Below, piece after piece: positions 11,249 to 22,684 of a stretch of DNA of 64,000 nt (position 1 is the stretch's first letter; the number at the start of each line of letters is the position of its first letter). The position numbers and the translations under genes are program-made. The DNA is taken from the NCBI GenBank assembly GCA_964019335.1, contig OZ025761.1:1-64000 (forward strand), read 5' to 3'. The notes below the pieces were generated by a model. That model did no database searches and had not been told where the DNA came from. It saw only the letters and a program-made list of their open reading frames with translations. This DNA is from Diplonema japonicum. Lineage: Eukaryota; Protista; Euglenozoa: Diplonemea.

Positions 11249-12955
11249 TCACATTTCTATCGTTTCTACATTTATAGTACCTTGCACGATCCCAGTCAGC
11301 CAGAGTTCTTCGGGGATCTCTTCGTGGTCAGCTCGAGCCAAATCAAGCAGCCGTATTGCTTCAGTTTCATCCCCTTTCAGGAACGACTTCCCTGCCTCAT
11401 TGTAGGCCTCCCACGGGTTCACTGCCATGTTGTACATCCACTCGTCGTTGTCGTCACACTTGCCACCCTTCCCTAGTACCTCGTAGGCCACCTCCTCACC
11501 CTCGCGCCCGGCAACCTGCACACGGACAACAATCACCTTCATGTGGAACACGAAGCTCACCTCGCTGTACACCTTACAAGCGCACACCACCTTGTGCCCA
11601 CGCAGCCGACCAAGCCGCTGCATTATCGATGCCGTTACAGCTGCAGGACCGATCGTCACGTACGACATGAGTTCTTTACACCCAGCGTTGCCACAGAAAG
11701 CCATCCCGCACGCCACCCCCGTCACGACAGCGATGTCGGTCGCCGTCGCCAGCTCCAGCACAGCCATCGCCGCCTCCACACTGCATTTGGTATGCCCCGA
11801 ACACCTTTTCGTACCGTTAAACGAAGCGCGTACATGGTCCCCCTCAACCACGCCCACCACGCCCCCATGCTGCCTCACCTTCTCAACTATTACAGAGACA
11901 TAGTTCTCAAACTTCTTCAGGAACATCGGGTCTTTCACACTTGCATGCGACCCGATCATGTTCATCACAGTGCAGCTGATATACTTTTTCTCAAGTACAG
12001 CTTTGATTTCTTCTCTAACACTGCTGTTGCTCATGGTGGTGATGGTGGTGTGGCGCGACCTCGCCACAGGGGTTTGATGCTGGCTCTCTTGAATAGAAGA
12101 CAAGTCACTTTCGCTTGAGAACTGTAAGCACGACTGGGGAAGGTAGGGACGGTAAGTGTGGAGATTCGAGAGGATTTCACTGAAGGCAAGGTGAAGTGCG
12201 GGTGGAAGTTCCGATCTGCCGATTTCCTGCTCCGCCAACTCAAGGTCGAAGCGAGAGAGGCAGACCGCGATGTACTCCGTCGCCACGATGACACGCTTCA
12301 TGGAGTCTCGCTCCCTCTGCAAGTCTTGAGCAAAGCCACGAGTGAAGTAGAAGTCCAAGAGAAAGACCAGTGACTGAAAAGCAAAAGTGATCATCGAAGG
12401 CTGGAAACCCCGTGCACACGGTGGGGTGGAGCAATCCCAGTTGTGGGCCTCAGCACGGTCCCCAACAGGTATCATATTTGGCAGTCCGATGTCGTAGAGG
12501 CCCCAGCGGAAGGTGTCCTCTGTGGCAACGATGAAGAGCCAACCAATGAGCAAAGTGACGAGAGCAACACTGACACGATTGGGGAGGCGGCACACAAGGC
12601 TGATGTCCACGATAGGGACGAAGACGGGCCATAAGCGATCGAAAGAGCTTAACACGTTAGCTAGATCATTGAGCAGAAGAGATATTGCGAGAGCGTAGAT
12701 GGCACACTCCACTACCAGCTTGTTGATCCTTCTATTAACAAGCATGTCGACAAGGACAGCCTGGGCCGCAGCTATGGCGAACGCGCACCCTAGCTCTTGT
12801 ATCCCCCTGGACAGCAGAGCAGCAGTACACAGCGCGGTTGTACTAATAACGCCATGAAAGAAGAGCTTCTTCTCAAATCTTGTTCTGCTGTCGTCATCTT
12901 CACGAAAGATTCGTCGGGGCAGGCAAGCTGAAGAACAGCGCGCAAGGCATTGCAT
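11249..12955 (-). CDS. Multi-TM protein with degenerate class III cyclase domain, paralogue 3
   Basis: Same architecture as paralogues 1 and 2 (YRPYLPQS, EGDHV, EWMY). Start placed at MQCLAR and is uncertain. Confidence 0.85.
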   Translation of the reverse strand: MQCLARCSSACLPRRIFREDDDSRTRFEKKLFFHGVISTTALCTAALLSRGIQELGCAFAIAAAQAVLVDMLVNRRINKLVVECAIYALAISLLLNDLANVLSSFDRLWPVFVPIVDISLVCRLPNRVSVALVTLLIGWLFIVATEDTFRWGLYDIGLPNMIPVGDRAEAHNWDCSTPPCARGFQPSMITFAFQSLVFLLDFYFTRGFAQDLQRERDSMKRVIVATEYIAVCLSRFDLELAEQEIGRSELPPALHLAFSEILSNLHTYRPYLPQSCLQFSSESDLSSIQESQHQTPVARSRHTTITTMSNSSVREEIKAVLEKKYISCTVMNMIGSHASVKDPMFLKKFENYVSVIVEKVRQHGGVVGVVEGDHVRASFNGTKRCSGHTKCSVEAAMAVLELATATDIAVVTGVACGMAFCGNAGCKELMSYVTIGPAAVTASIMQRLGRLRGHKVVCACKVYSEVSFVFHMKVIVVRVQVAGREGEEVAYEVLGKGGKCDDNDEWMYNMAVNPWEAYNEAGKSFLKGDETEAIRLLDLARADHEEIPEELWLTGIVQGTINVETIEM

Positions 12956-13144
12956 GTGTAATGTAGTGTTTAGTAAGCAAATAAAGAAAAAGAAAGCTGA
13001 ATGGTTAGTGGCGAAATGCAAAGGCTCCATAACCATAAACCAACCAAAGGAGACAGAAAAACGGAAAACGGTCAGGCTTTTGTTAAAAAGCCGCTCAAAA
13101 TTAGTAGTGGCCTCATAGGCTCAGAAATTGTGGATAAATACGGT

Positions 13145-15244
13145 TCATGACTCTCTCGCAGTGGGCAGCTTGGCCTTCAATGCAACGAGTTGCTTCCTAA
13201 AGATGTCCGTGTCTGTTTTAGCTTTCTCCTGTACATAGCTCAAGTGCTCCTCAAGTGCGGCGATGTAATGTTTCTTATAGGTGCTGTTAACTAACCACAC
13301 AGCAAAGATAACAGCAAGAACAAAGGGCGACACAAGCAGCGTGACAAAGTAGTAGAATGTGGTGTCGGTGACGAAGTCCAACGTGTAATGCAACAACGGG
13401 CTAGTTGGGAATGGGCCGCAGAGCTCGTTGGTGTGCTGTGTCCACACGTAGTAGACCCCTATTTGAGTGATGATGAAGGTCAGGACGTACAGGGCGAGGA
13501 ACCATGATGTCGCGGAGAGTGGGGACCACAGCAGTGCGGGACGCTTCAGGTGGTTGATGATGATGTATAAATCGTACTTGAAAAGCAGCAACTGCCAGGT
13601 GACAGAGACGGCAGTTGCAAAGGGTGACAACGGGACCAGAAGCCACATGATAGCCGTCATGTAGAGCAGGTCGATCACCTCACGTGCTACATCGAACTCA
13701 CGCTTCTCAGGAGTAGTCCGTGTCACTCGCCCCCACACCTTGCGGCCTCCAACCCAGCCGAACCCGCTGAATATCTTCCCTGCCACCGTTGTTGCTGACA
13801 AGAACAGCAGGTCCAGCGACACTTTGTCCTCAGGGCAGGCAGGAAAGGTGCTGTTGCCTTCGGGCTCAATCTCCAGCAGATCAGCCAAACCTTCGCTCAC
13901 ATGGGTTTTGGACAAAGACTCGTACGCCTGCAGCATCATCACCACGACAGTGATTATTTTAATACTGTAAATGCGTACCACGAGGATGACAAGCCGCCTT
14001 TCGGGTGAACTCCACGACTCAAGATCTGTGAGAAAGGTGATAACGACAGGGAGGACCATGGTGATGGCTGTGATCATCATTGACGGTATGAAGTTTGTAA
14101 AGGCGCTGGTAGTGGCACCCGGGTCATCTGGAGTGAAGGAGGATATGATCTGTAGCTCATAGACCTTGATGAAGAGCAGTGCTATCCATGAACCGAGTGT
14201 GATAAGTAACTGGAATGTAATCGAGGCAACACGGATCAGTTTGATCTGCAATGTCGTCGGCTCTCTGCTGTTCGCGTGGATGTCCACAGCAAGCAGTGTC
14301 ATGAGCGATGCTGCAGCGGAGAGCTGCATGGTGTCCACTGTTGCCACATTCGCCTGGGAAACATCGATGAGCCCCAATGCCACTCGGGAGTACCTAGTGG
14401 CTTGGTTGTAGTCATTTTCGAGCTCCTTCTGCGCCATTTCCTTGACAACCTTCTGCATTTTGACCACAAGGGACGCAACGTACACAGCGAGGATGGTCAG
14501 CATGTGCACGCTGAACCGTCCTGCCTCTCCTTCCGTGAAGGAAGAATACGACACCCAACCCACTGGCGTGTTGTTATATGTAATTTCATCAGCGTTCCGA
14601 TAGATGAACGAGAAGTGAAGCGGGACGAAGACAGGTGTCATGATGACTGCAACAAACATAGTGGTCAACAGCACCCAACGGTGGAAGGCAAAGTACAGCC
14701 CCACAGACTCTCCAAAGGTAGTTGTGATGTGCTGTACATCAGACTTGAAAGGAGTGTATGCCTCGATGACATAACACGCAAGCTTGTACGCGAACACCAC
14801 ATAGGAGTAGCAGCCCTGTGTGTGCGCCACTGTGAAGTCCAAGATAATATCGTCGAAGTCCTGGGCCTTGTCTGTCTTCTGATCTTGCTTCTTCAGCTCC
14901 TTTTGTGTTTTCTTTTCGACATCCCTCAAATTTCCCTTCAGCCTCTCAACAGTTTTCTCCAGTTTTACTGCCTCTTCTTTCCATTCTCGGAGCTCTTTCC
15001 TTATCTTGTCGACTGTTTTCACGGGGACAACTTGCTCTCGCTCGCCAGACCATTCTTTGTACGTTTTGGGGACTTCGCCTGGGGTCAGAAAACACCCTAA
15101 CCCTTCTCCTTCCTCGTCGATGGCAACCGTGCACCACCCGCCTTGGCCCTCCCCAGCAAGACCTCCATAATCCGCGGGTACCAGTTCGACTACATTGCCG
15201 ATTGTATTCTCAAGGTCGCCGTCGTCGTAGGTTTCGGCCCACAT
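13145..15244 (-). CDS. Transmembrane channel-like (TMC) family protein
   Basis: TMC signature motifs FGESVGLYFAFHRW, CPEDKV (CWET-like), EFDVAREVIDLLY and CGPF, with multiple TM helices. Start is uncertain. Confidence 0.8.
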   Translation of the reverse strand: MWAETYDDGDLENTIGNVVELVPADYGGLAGEGQGGWCTVAIDEEGEGLGCFLTPGEVPKTYKEWSGEREQVVPVKTVDKIRKELREWKEEAVKLEKTVERLKGNLRDVEKKTQKELKKQDQKTDKAQDFDDIILDFTVAHTQGCYSYVVFAYKLACYVIEAYTPFKSDVQHITTTFGESVGLYFAFHRWVLLTTMFVAVIMTPVFVPLHFSFIYRNADEITYNNTPVGWVSYSSFTEGEAGRFSVHMLTILAVYVASLVVKMQKVVKEMAQKELENDYNQATRYSRVALGLIDVSQANVATVDTMQLSAAASLMTLLAVDIHANSREPTTLQIKLIRVASITFQLLITLGSWIALLFIKVYELQIISSFTPDDPGATTSAFTNFIPSMMITAITMVLPVVITFLTDLESWSSPERRLVILVVRIYSIKIITVVVMMLQAYESLSKTHVSEGLADLLEIEPEGNSTFPACPEDKVSLDLLFLSATTVAGKIFSGFGWVGGRKVWGRVTRTTPEKREFDVAREVIDLLYMTAIMWLLVPLSPFATAVSVTWQLLLFKYDLYIIINHLKRPALLWSPLSATSWFLALYVLTFIITQIGVYYVWTQHTNELCGPFPTSPLLHYTLDFVTDTTFYYFVTLLVSPFVLAVIFAVWLVNSTYKKHYIAALEEHLSYVQEKAKTDTDIFRKQLVALKAKLPTARES

Positions 15245-16266
15245 CGCACTCCATGGCAACAGTGCCCACCCCCGCCTGTTGTCGAACTTATAAAAGAAAA
15301 AATAAACCATAATAGGAAGAGCGAGGGCAAGCGAGCAAGCTTGGTGCGTAAGAAAAGTCCAGTATTTATGCGACACACCCTTGTGAACCAAAGCCTCCCG
15401 AAGCCCCTTGCTCCAGTAGAAAGAAAAAGGAGAGGAAGAGAAAAGCCGTGCTTTGAAACAGGGAGAAGGTCCGCAAGTACAATATATGTGGGATTCTTTA
15501 CTGCCACAGGACCACTTCCAAAAAGACAAATGGAAGTGAGGGGATAGGGAGGAATGAGGTGCTTTTAAAAAATGCAATATGGAGCCAACTCCATTAGATT
15601 ACAGCTGCTACAATCAGGTCTTGCGCAGAAGAGGTCAGCTTCGTAAACCCTGCAGGTTTCAAAATAGACCACCCTAGCCATCCTGCTGCAAGGGTTACAT
15701 AGGAAGAGGGGCAGAGAATGTCAGAAAGTTTCGGGGGAATGTAATATACGCGATGCGGTTACAGGTGCGAAAATTGTCTTTTTTTTTTTTTTTTCTCATT
15801 CTTTTTTTTTTTTCTGTAGGGCGTCACCACCGGCTTCCTTTAAATCATCGAGTTATTTTCTTTTCTTTTTTTTTTTTCCTAAGTTCAATCAGACACCCTG
15901 CTGGCTTGCCAAGCCCACCTCTCCCCTTCGCTAGTTGAGAAAAGTGACCAGATGTACTTTTTGTTCCTTGCGACGCTTCTTGTTAAACATAACCGTCATA
16001 CAAGAAAAAAGGAAAGGACAAAAAAAAAAAAAGGAAAAAAAGAGGGAGACATTTAGAAGTCCTTTTTTTATTGTCATCTGAGTCTGCGGGACGCCGATAG
16101 GAAGAAGGATTTGCCACTCTTGTAAAAAAGGGAACACCTTAAGGCCGACAGGGGGGGGGGGGGGGGGGGGGGGGTGAATAATAATAATGGGGAAAAGAAA
16201 GAGATAACAACGGCAGGAGGGTAAGGTGCATAAGAATATGCTAGGTAAAAAAAGTTAAGGGGGGGA

Positions 16267-19200
16267 TCATTCTTTCATGTCTTTCAGATGATCAAGGCTC
16301 TTTCCATAGTACACTTCCGTATGCTTCACCCATAGTTTTTCAAGCTCTGCTAGCAACTCCTGCCTGTCTGTCCCATCTGCGCCAAACTTCAAAAAGATTT
16401 GCAGGATGGTCTCGTCAGTGTCGTTTTTTTCACCTGCGTAATGGTACATCCACTCGCCGCCTTCGAGGGCGTTAGATTCTGTGTTTAACTGGACAATATG
16501 CAACAACGAGTCCTGCTTCGCCTTGCCAACATGGGTGGGGTACAGGCTGAGCACTTCGGTCTTGATGCGCCCCTTGACGATGGTGGCTAGTTCATTGTCG
16601 GTCATGATCACAGAAGAGAGGTGCACTGTTTGGTTGGCGATAATGCGCGACAGGCGAATAGGGCAGCCCAGAGCCACGAAGGCTTTTAAGCTGCTTGTCC
16701 CGCAGGTTGCGATGGTCGCCTTGCCACGAGCAAGGCCCATCCCCATCACAGCAGGACTGCCTATGATATCCTTCAGCACCAGTCCCGCGCTGCAGGCGAG
16801 GTACTCGTGCGACATTGTGAGGACGGCAACGTTGAAGCCGACAATAGTCTGGTCGCCTGTCGTGCTCAGCATCACACCGCGTGTCGTGTGGGACACGGTG
16901 ACCACAGCGTTCAGGACCTCCGTCACGTACTCAGGTGCACCCCCGGTGTACTCTATTGTCAGTAGCGTCACCGCTTTCGTCGTGGTTTGCATCCTGAGGT
17001 TCGTTATGTTCTGCGTGTTGACGCTGCCCTTCATCACGGACTCGGTCGACAAGGATATTTTTGATGACACTTCGCTCTGCAGCTTGTCGGAATCATCCTC
17101 TACAAACAGCGTAGCGGGCATGTATGCTTTGTACTCGTCCAAGATGTTGCACATGTTGTGGAAGCCGCGCAACAATGCGGAGACCTCTAACAGCACCGAG
17201 TCCCGCTGGGTAATGCTGTCCATCTTCATCAGCTTCACGAGCTGCATGTCGTGAACTAAGTACATGAACGGCCTTGTGACCATTGTGGCGCACACGAGTA
17301 AAATAATAAAGCCCAGCACAGTGAGTATCACCGATAGGTCGACAGCCTCGTCTAGCGTCTTAGCCGCCTCGCCCATGATCACTTCGTGAGGTGTGATGTA
17401 CAGCACCAGCCAGTTGATGTCGTACACCAGGTCGTTCTCCTCCGACAACCGCCTGATGACCAGCATGGACGCGTACACCTTCTCACCAGCTGTGTACAGG
17501 TGGGCCTTTTCGGGATCGATGAACGCGTTCCTCCAATCAACCACGTTCTGCACTGCACCCTGCACCCAAGGGTGGATATTAGGGTTGCTCGGCACCACCG
17601 CTTCGCCTATAGCCTGCACAGCAGAGTCACTGCTCAGCAATAAGTTGCCATCAGCCCTGTCGATGATTACAACGAGCGATCGCGGTTGCAGGCGCATCCT
17701 CAGCAGGTCGACTTTGATGTTGCCCAATGTGCGCTGCATGAGAATTGCATGTGTGGCGCCCGTCCTCCCGACAACGCTGTCGATGCTCCCGTAGATGGAA
17801 AGTTCTGCTGCTAGAAGGCTTTGCGAGCGGAGCTTCGAGGCCCAGTCCTCACTCAGGTCGCGCATACTGTTGTCGTTAAAACTAATTACAACACCCAGTA
17901 CCACAGCAAAGGACGTGGCCGCGACCAACCCGAGCATCACAGAGACAGGGATCCTGACGGTGGAAGCATGCAGACTGATCGCACCGTAGTAGATCACACC
18001 ACCGATCACGGCCAGCGCAAGAGCACCCACCACGCACACCATAACCATCGCAGATCTGCTGCCCGTCCACTCGTCTCGCGAGTATGAGTCCGTCGACGTG
18101 TCGACCTGCCCCAGCAGGCGCTTCAGCTCCACCCCCATGTTCGCTACAGCAATATCCGCAGAGACGTCCTGCAGGAAGTGCGATGCCATGTGCTTCATTG
18201 CGATGGCGGTACACTCGCCGTACAGCGACTTGCACCCCTTACTGGGTCTATGCACCAAGCGTGCCCAGAAGTCCGGGTAGATCTCAAAGGAGCTGGCGAT
18301 GATGGGGTTCTTCTGGTGGAAGACCTTCCACACATTAGGATCCTCGAAATCCTTTGTAAGGGCGGGCTCTTCGTTGTGGATCCAGAAGTTGGAGTAGTTC
18401 TTGAGGTATGCTTGAATGTAGTCATTAGCGATGGCGGGGATGGGGGTGTTCTTATTGACGCCGATGCTCCAGTCGCCGGAGCAGCCCGCTCCATTGATGC
18501 CTGGGATGGGGGCGGCGGCGATCTCCCATCCTTGGGCTTTCATATGTGCGGCGAAGTCGGGTCCGACAGAGTACCACTGGAGGAGAACCGCGCAGTGGTC
18601 GCCCTTAAAATAGTTGTTGACGTCACCCCAGCCGTAACCGAAAGCGGCGGGCGGGACGATCTTTCCGAACCAATTCTTCCACATGGCGAGGGTCTTGGCG
18701 GCCATCGGGTTGTCCACAGAGACGGTGCCGTTGCGCTCCACAACCTGCCCGCCGTCGAAGCCGGACAACAGTGTCACGAACATGTACATCATTCGATTGG
18801 CGGAGTCGAGGTCTGTTGTCAGAACGAAGCCCCAGAAGTCGTTGTTCCCACGGATGGCACGTTCTGCGGCTTGGACCTGCGCGACAGTGATGTCGAACTC
18901 TTCCCATGTGGTGGGCCATGTCAGACCGTGCTTGTCGAAGAGGTCTTTTCTGTAGAACATCACCAATTGGTTTGTGTTTCTTGGCAGGGCGAGAAGCTTC
19001 CCTGAATCGGTAGAGTGCGAGCGCCACTTCTCCCTCACAACGTCCTTCGAGACGTCAAGCTCAACGAGGTCGTCCTGCATCGTGGCCACCCACTGCGTGT
19101 CGAGGTCGAGGATCTCTATTTCCGAGCTTTTATCATGCAGCATCCTTTCCAGGAAGACCTGCTCGTCATCTATGTTCCACCCGAAGACGTCGAGGTACGA

Positions 19201-19398
19201 GATGGGCTCTACTCCGACGTTTGGGTGCTTTGCAGTGAACTCTTCTATCATGCCGCAGGCGTTGCCTTCAACTCTGCTGTGGCCTTTCCCGCTCACCTTC
19301 AAGCTTGTCGTTTTGTTGCGCAAGAACTTACAACTGTTCCCCCACACACCACCCAGCAATGCAAGCACCACTACAACCACGTGTAGGCAGCGTTGCAT
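16267..19398 (-). CDS. Receptor: signal peptide, ABC-type sugar-binding (SBP_bac_1-like) ectodomain, TMs, Cache-like region, HAMP-like helix, degenerate cyclase
   Basis: SBP motifs GKLLALP..YRKDLFDKHGL..PTTWEE and GDWSIGVNKN; EYKAYMP linker; EWMY. Start at MQRCL. Confidence 0.85.
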   Translation of the reverse strand: MQRCLHVVVVVLALLGGVWGNSCKFLRNKTTSLKVSGKGHSRVEGNACGMIEEFTAKHPNVGVEPISYLDVFGWNIDDEQVFLERMLHDKSSEIEILDLDTQWVATMQDDLVELDVSKDVVREKWRSHSTDSGKLLALPRNTNQLVMFYRKDLFDKHGLTWPTTWEEFDITVAQVQAAERAIRGNNDFWGFVLTTDLDSANRMMYMFVTLLSGFDGGQVVERNGTVSVDNPMAAKTLAMWKNWFGKIVPPAAFGYGWGDVNNYFKGDHCAVLLQWYSVGPDFAAHMKAQGWEIAAAPIPGINGAGCSGDWSIGVNKNTPIPAIANDYIQAYLKNYSNFWIHNEEPALTKDFEDPNVWKVFHQKNPIIASSFEIYPDFWARLVHRPSKGCKSLYGECTAIAMKHMASHFLQDVSADIAVANMGVELKRLLGQVDTSTDSYSRDEWTGSRSAMVMVCVVGALALAVIGGVIYYGAISLHASTVRIPVSVMLGLVAATSFAVVLGVVISFNDNSMRDLSEDWASKLRSQSLLAAELSIYGSIDSVVGRTGATHAILMQRTLGNIKVDLLRMRLQPRSLVVIIDRADGNLLLSSDSAVQAIGEAVVPSNPNIHPWVQGAVQNVVDWRNAFIDPEKAHLYTAGEKVYASMLVIRRLSEENDLVYDINWLVLYITPHEVIMGEAAKTLDEAVDLSVILTVLGFIILLVCATMVTRPFMYLVHDMQLVKLMKMDSITQRDSVLLEVSALLRGFHNMCNILDEYKAYMPATLFVEDDSDKLQSEVSSKISLSTESVMKGSVNTQNITNLRMQTTTKAVTLLTIEYTGGAPEYVTEVLNAVVTVSHTTRGVMLSTTGDQTIVGFNVAVLTMSHEYLACSAGLVLKDIIGSPAVMGMGLARGKATIATCGTSSLKAFVALGCPIRLSRIIANQTVHLSSVIMTDNELATIVKGRIKTEVLSLYPTHVGKAKQDSLLHIVQLNTESNALEGGEWMYHYAGEKNDTDETILQIFLKFGADGTDRQELLAELEKLWVKHTEVYYGKSLDHLKDMKE

Positions 19399-20045
19399 AG
19401 TTTTGTTTTTTTTTTTTTTTTTTTTGTTATTTGTCCTTTTTTTTTTTTTTTTTTTTTTTCTGATTTTTTGAGAGAATGCGTCCAAGAGTTATAAAAAAAA
19501 AAAAAAAGGATGGAAGAAGAGAAGAAAAACTTGGAAGGAAAAGCTGTCAAAGCACATGATAAAAACACGGAAGTGAGCACCCCCCCCCCCCCCCCCCCCC
19601 CCTTTTGTGTTTTTCCCCCCCCTTTTTTTTCCCTCCCCGGACCAAAAGATATTTGCACAGACAAAGGAGCGGTACACATTGGACCGATATCACAAAACAA
19701 ACTAATAGCAGGATCGAAGTATTTCGTTTTTCTCCCCTACTGTAACAGATATTTGTATTAAAAAAAACGACAATTTATTGTATTGTGGATGAAAAAGAAG
19801 AAGAGGGGGAGAAAGGCCATGAGGGTTCCATGGGCTAACCTAACCTCTGTTTCCACTACTAGATTGTCCGACATACAAAATCTTGTTACAGCTTTTTTTT
19901 TTTTCCCCCCCTTCTTTGTTTCAGTTTTTTTTGTCGATACATAAACACTGCCCAACATCCCCCCCTTTTTTTTCTGATAACTATAATAGACTGGACTCAG
20001 GTCAATCTATCTAAAAAAGAAAGAAAGAAAACTTTTTATTTTATC

Positions 20046-22684
20046 CCCTAGACGCCCGGAGCCTATCTACGGTACCCCCCCATTTTCGTTGTTGCTTTAA
20101 ATACTCAAAAAAAGGGCAGCATGCAACCATAGGTAGGTGCAAGGAAAGGGTAAACGGTACTAAAATTTTCAATTCCAGGTGCCAGATTCAGATGAGAACA
20201 CTTAACTATGTGTGTAAGAGGGGGATTGAAGGTGTACTTTTTATGTCCGATTTTGGGGGGTCTTGTCGTGGGGGGTCCGTGGAGTTATGGCTGGGCTAAA
20301 AAGGGCAGCATTCAGCCCTATTTGGTGCCCTGAACTCTAGGATTGAGGTCAGTCTGGAGACTTTTTGGGGCTGTGGGATGAAAAAAGCAACTTGTGAGTT
20401 TTTTTTCCAGCTGGGGTAGCATGCAAGGGTAAAAAACACGTTTTGCATAAGGGGGTTTTGCAACAGGGGCACCACGTTTGCACCTTCTTCCCGCACCCAG
20501 GAACAGAGCACCCTCCTCACCTTCGTTCCGTTCATCATGGTCTCGGAGGTGTGATTTAGGGTCAAATCGAGACGTTTTGGGTATTTCTGAGTGAGGGAAT
20601 CCTCATTGCTAGCGTGTTTGCGCTTGGGGGTCGGTGACGGTGTTGTCGGGGGGTGTGTACTATTGGTTTTGGGGGCATGGGTGAGAAGCTTGCCAACAAG
20701 TTCTTCTTTGAAGCTCGGGAAGCCATAATTTTTGCCACATTCCCTACTCTTCTTCCAGATTATGGAGGAGTTGGCAACACAGCTTTCCAGGACCCAATAA
20801 AAAACGACCATGATCCACTTCCGGGTTTTCATACGCCGAACTCCAGTCCCCTGGAGCTGGTCTTGCCGGTCAGGGGTCGACAGCAAACCCTTAGGAGTCG
20901 ACAGTACGCATGACTAGGTCCTGTGTTGTGGACTTCTTGCTGAAAATGTTGAAATTCGCCAGGTAACAGTTTTATGAGTCGCATGTCCAGCGATTACCTT
21001 GATGCCCACCGAGTTGCTTTTTCGTGGTGCCATGACTTTTATTGTTGTCGGGATAACACTGTCGTCAACAGACAACCACTTGCCAGGGGTCCGCACAGTC
21101 CTACACCGGTTGACAATGATGTCAAGAAACCTGCGCATGAGGTGCAGTTTCAGGCCTTCCAAATGTTTTCCAGGTTGTCAAAGGTGAGGTAGCGCTGTAT
21201 GTCAACGAATCGGTTTGCTCATTTTCTCAAAAGCCGGGATGGTTAAATTAGAATTTGTTTCCAGTAGCTCTTCATGTTCGGTACCGAGCGTAAACCCATT
21301 AACAGGACCAACCCAAGCCAAATTTTGTACTCTGGGATGGAAAGATTCAGATTCCGCTGTTTTTTTGAACCGAAACGACCGTTCGTGGAAGAAACTATGA
21401 GCTCAAGTACCGCGTGTGTAAAAAAAAAAGATTAAAAACACCCTCCTCATTGGCCGCTTCACCTAGAGGTGTCTAAGCCCACCTTTTTATGGAAATGATA
21501 TGTTTCGGGCCTATGGGAGTATTTCTCCCACCCAAGCATCGTTTCCGGCCCCTCTTTGACCGCCTCATCGTCTTTTTTGTTCTTTTTCTGACCAGTCGGG
21601 GGAGACTCAAGTTTTCGCTGCTATTTTGATCATCTGATTTCATTTTAAGCCAACCCTGCCGGTTTCAATTAAAACAAAACTTTTAACGCAAAATGTAGTT
21701 CCAAGACAAAATAAACCGCGCAACAATGCCATATTTTGAAGTCCAGGGGCCGTGTTCAAAAAAAAGTACTTACCGAAAAAGCAAATTTTGAAATGAGGAC
21801 AAAAACGTCCGCGCGGGCGTTTAGGGGTTATGAAGAAACCGTAAACCTTTCCTTGCCTAGTGATATTGGGAAATCTTTCTTCTTCTTTTTTTTCTTTCTT
21901 TTTTTTCCCCCTCTTTTTCTTCGATGTATCCCACATCCCATTTCTTTGTGAGACTCTTAATTATTTCGTTGCGAGAAAGGGGGAATAGTGGAGTAAGGGG
22001 GGGGGGGATAAAAAGAAATAACAGGCTTTATATGTCTTTCAGAATGGCACCAAGGCAGGAGAAGGACCGCAGAGCGGACGGCTACAAAAGAAGTGATGCT
22101 TCATCCCTTTGAAAAGAGAGAAAAAGAAAGAAGAAAGAGAAAGAAAGCCTATTAGAAAACCTTTAAGACACGAGGGGGTCAAAAAAATCTTTGCAAAATT
22201 TAATATAGCAGGTATCTAAGGAAAACTGCAACAAGAACCATTCACCTCAGTATATTCTTTTTCTCAACAAGGAGAAGTAAAACTAGAGTATCGAATTTTC
22301 TTTTGCAGCTTCTCCGTCTTCTTCTCCACTCGTCTTTCATCTCTGTACTCAAAAAGGATTTTTTTTTTTAAAAAAGACAATTTTTTTTTTTTGTTTCTTT
22401 TTTTTTTTTTTTTTTTTTTGACCACTAAGCCCACAGGCTAAAAACCGAGAAAAAAAGTCCATTTTTGAGGCGACTCCTTTTAAAGGCGATGTTTAAGGGC
22501 AAAACCCACTACTTGAGGACCACCTTTAGGGCTATGCTGGCAAGAAACCGGTTATCCGTTTCCTTATTTTCGAAAAAAAGCTTGGAAACGCGTTTCCTTG
22601 CCGGCATAGCCTTAGGGGGGGGAGGGGCCTATCTAGCCCAGATTTAGCTTGCGTTTCACCTCTCTGGCGTCCGTGGGCCTAGGG
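20046..22684 (-). mobile_element. Decayed piggyBac DNA transposon (transposase relic ~20300-21300)
   Basis: Broken frames give PGKWLSVDDSVIP...PRK...GIK and KTRKWIMVVFYWVLESCVANS..FKEEL, typical of piggyBac transposases. The degenerate CCCTAG..CTAGGG ends are tentative. Confidence 0.7.
22529..22611. mobile_element. ~83-bp MITE with TTA target duplication (PIF/Harbinger-like)
   Basis: TIRs ggctatgctggcaagaaac / gtttccttgccggcatagcc, flanked by TTA on both sides. Confidence 0.7.
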
